Shown here: positions 62,157-64,000 of the stretch, in pieces
How the letters are laid out: each line of letters begins with the position of its first letter
Numbering within the stretch: the stretch's first letter is position 1
Assembly (NCBI GenBank): GCA_963803435.1
Contig: CAWDML010000004.1
Location: 128,001 to 192,000 of the forward strand
Reading direction: 5' to 3'
Source: an uncultured delta proteobacterium
GTDB lineage: Bacteria > Myxococcota > Kuafuiibacteriia > Kuafuiibacteriales > Kuafuiibacteriaceae
DNA: 64,000 nt
Notes under the pieces: model-generated
Seen by the model: the letters and a program-made list of their open reading frames with translations, nothing else
The model's database searches: none
What the model was told of the DNA's origin: nothing
Position numbers and translations under genes: made by a program

Positions 62157-62669
62157 ATGGCCAGAGGGCTCGCGCTTCTCCTCGCGATCGCGATCTTCGG
62201 TTGCGACCAAGCCGAGGAGGGATTGGACGCGGGTGTCACGGATGCCATCGCCTCGACCGACGCCGCGGAGCCCGACTCGGGCGTGACGCCGGACGCGGGC
62301 GTGGAGCCAGACTCGGGCGAGCCGCCGGACGCGGGCGACCTGCCGGACTCGGGCGTCGTCCCCGGCTTCGGTGATCCGTGCACGATCGGCGGCGTGACGC
62401 CGTGTCCCGGCGATCTGATCTGCCTGTCTCCCATCGGGAACGATGGCTTCTGCAGCGCGAATTGCCCGGTGCAGGGGCGCCGATGCCAGGGCACACCACC
62501 CGGGACCTACGCTGCCTGCGTGATTGGTGAGGCCGGCACCCCCAACGGGATGAAGGCCTGCGCTTTCCTCTGCGAGCTCAGCGGGATGACGTTCACGTGC
62601 CCGGGCACGCTCACCTGCGAGGCCCTCGAGGATCCACCCGGCAGCGGACAGCACCTCTGCCTGCCGTGA
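62157..62669 (+). CDS. Cys-rich lipoprotein with PDSG/PDAG linker repeats
   Basis: IFGC lipobox; 18-bp repeats; 11 Cys in total. Confidence 0.8.
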   Translation: MARGLALLLAIAIFGCDQAEEGLDAGVTDAIASTDAAEPDSGVTPDAGVEPDSGEPPDAGDLPDSGVVPGFGDPCTIGGVTPCPGDLICLSPIGNDGFCSANCPVQGRRCQGTPPGTYAACVIGEAGTPNGMKACAFLCELSGMTFTCPGTLTCEALEDPPGSGQHLCLP

Positions 62670-62766
62670 GTGGGATCTAGGAGCGTGTAGCGCGTAAGCG
62701 CTCACGCGAGCCCGGTCCGGGTCCCGGTCCCGGTCCGGGTCCCGATCTGAAGATGGCTGCCTTGAG

Positions 62767-63185
62767 TCAGACGCTCGCGACGGTCGCGAGCTTCGATCGG
62801 TAGAGCTTGAGCAGGTTGAGGGTGAGGCAGACGAGCGTCCACTCGGCTCGTACCTTGAAGAAGGAGCGGAGCGAGAACCGGCGGAATCCTCGTGCCCCTT
62901 TGATTTGTCCGAGCGCCGGTTCGACGATACTCTTCCTGCGGGCGTAGACCGCCTTGCCGTCGCGCGTTTGCAACTTGTCTCGCATTCGCTTGCGAGCGAG
63001 CGAGGCAAGCTTCAGGACTTCGAGGAAGAGCGCTTTCAGTGCCTCCAGGTGGACGAGCCGAAACTCGTTGATTGTCGTGAAGTGGGGATGACTTTCTCCA
63101 GCCAGCACCCGGAATGGAATGTCTTCAGCTCTACCTCATCGACGACGTCCAAGACGAAGTACGCGAGATGATTTTCTGGGAGCCA
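62767..63185 (-). pseudogene. IS1182 transposase mosaic of N- and C-terminal fragments
   Basis: WLPENHLAYFVLDVVDEVEL / EDIPFRVLAGESHPHFTTINEFR...LFLEVLKL / ASLARKRMRDKL...; junctions at ~63185, ~63126, ~63007. Confidence 0.85.
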
Positions 63186-63239
63186 ACCTCCAAGAACTTC
63201 TGCTGGTCAAAGTGGACGAGCTACCGCAAGCTAGCTTGC

Positions 63240-63608
63240 ATGGTCACTTTCGATCACGAGAAGCTCGAGGTCTACCAGCTCGCCGTCGAGTATGCCGACT
63301 TCGCTGAAGAGATCGCACAAGAACTGCAACCCGGTCACGCTCACGTCCGCGATCAGCTTCGGCGGGCATCCGATTCCATCGTGAACAACACCGCCGAGGG
63401 CGCCGGAGAGTTCAATCCACCTGAGAAGGCTCGCTTCTACCGGATGGCACTTCGCTCTGGCACCGAAAGCGCCGCCTCACTCCACACCTGCTTGAGGCGC
63501 CGACTCCCCAACGAGCAGAAGGTCCAAGCCGCCAGAGCCAAGCTCAAAAGCGTTGTCGAGATGCTCACGCGCCTCATCAAGTCGATGAACGCACGCCGGG
63601 CTGCATGA
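63240..63608 (+). CDS. Four-helix-bundle protein (TIGR02436/23S rRNA IVP/Avd-like)
   Basis: FDHEKLEVYQLA, DQLRRASDSIVNNTAEG, RFYRMALRSGTE; 122 aa. Confidence 0.9.
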   Translation: MVTFDHEKLEVYQLAVEYADFAEEIAQELQPGHAHVRDQLRRASDSIVNNTAEGAGEFNPPEKARFYRMALRSGTESAASLHTCLRRRLPNEQKVQAARAKLKSVVEMLTRLIKSMNARRAA

Positions 63609-63678
63609 TCGCCATCGGGACCGGGACCGGGACCGGGACCCGGACCGGGCTCGCGGTAGCGCTACGCTCTACGCGCTC

Positions 63679-64000
63679 CTAGCGCGAGGCCTGACCGAGC
63701 TTCTGGAACCGCTGCAAGCAGATCTCGAGCTCCTTCGCGTCGGCGCGCATCGCACTCATCGTCGCGCAGCGCTTGAGGTCGACGCGGGCGTCGTGGTCGG
63801 GGAGGGCCTCGGCCTTCTCCTCGAGGAGCCGGGCGACGCGGGTGACGGCGCTCGGATTGGAGGGATCGGCGGCGAGCATCGCCCGCAGCGGCGCGGCCGG
63901 GTCGCTCTCGACCGGCGGCCTGGGCGGCGGCTTGGGCGTGGGATGCTTCGAGCGCGGCTCGACGGGCGGGCGCGCCGGCGGTTCGGCCGGCGGAGGCAGC
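63679..64000 (-). CDS. 3' end of a Pro-rich protein (partial)
   Basis: Frame open from the window edge (LPPPAEPPARPPVEP...) to the TAG at 63679. Confidence 0.6.
   Translation of the reverse strand, partial: LPPPAEPPARPPVEPRSKHPTPKPPPRPPVESDPAAPLRAMLAADPSNPSAVTRVARLLEEKAEALPDHDARVDLKRCATMSAMRADAKELEICLQRFQKLGQASR

Larger units (their letters stand above)
62677..63682. mobile_element. IS1182/four-helix-bundle element copy 4 (1006 bp; transposase multiply deleted, four-helix-bundle gene intact)
   Basis: CTAG at both ends; inverted ends 62677-62746 and 63614-63682. Confidence 0.92.

Noticed and set aside
63240-63608. Diversity-generating retroelement suggested by the Avd-like protein and SNPs between copies
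   Set aside because: No reverse transcriptase or TR/VR pair in the window; differences between copies are not restricted to adenines

Overview
GC-rich bacterial chromosome segment that looks myxobacterial (Myxococcota-like: many lipoproteins, a MYXO-CTERM-like motif, a secreted caspase-like protease, a Ser/Thr kinase). Main contents: (1) four internally deleted copies of one CTAG-targeting IS1182-type element that also carries a four-helix-bundle (TIGR02436/23S-IVP/Avd-like) gene and has ~70-bp inverted ends containing GGGACC hexamer arrays; (2) two tandem giant Met-zincin lipoproteins behind a sigma54-type promoter; (3) housekeeping genes (pcnB, speA, 7TM-HD, ybeY, nuoD, pyrC, rlmE, rplC, gcvT/H, folD); (4) a 12-kb same-strand cluster (28.1-40.1 kb) encoding a caspase-like protease, DUF3015-like and DUF4105-like proteins, a Cys-rich lipoprotein, a TSP3/internal MYXO-CTERM/beta-barrel/OmpA fusion, a Ser/Thr kinase, an ECF sigma factor and a zinc anti-sigma factor, with the same GATCC-N17-CGAAG motif in three of its intergenic gaps; (5) a group 1h [NiFe]-hydrogenase cluster. 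Five single-base frameshifts all fall on GATC sites and are probably methylation-related sequencing errors. No rRNA, tRNA or CRISPR array was recognised. All family calls come from motif recognition by eye; no database searches were run.
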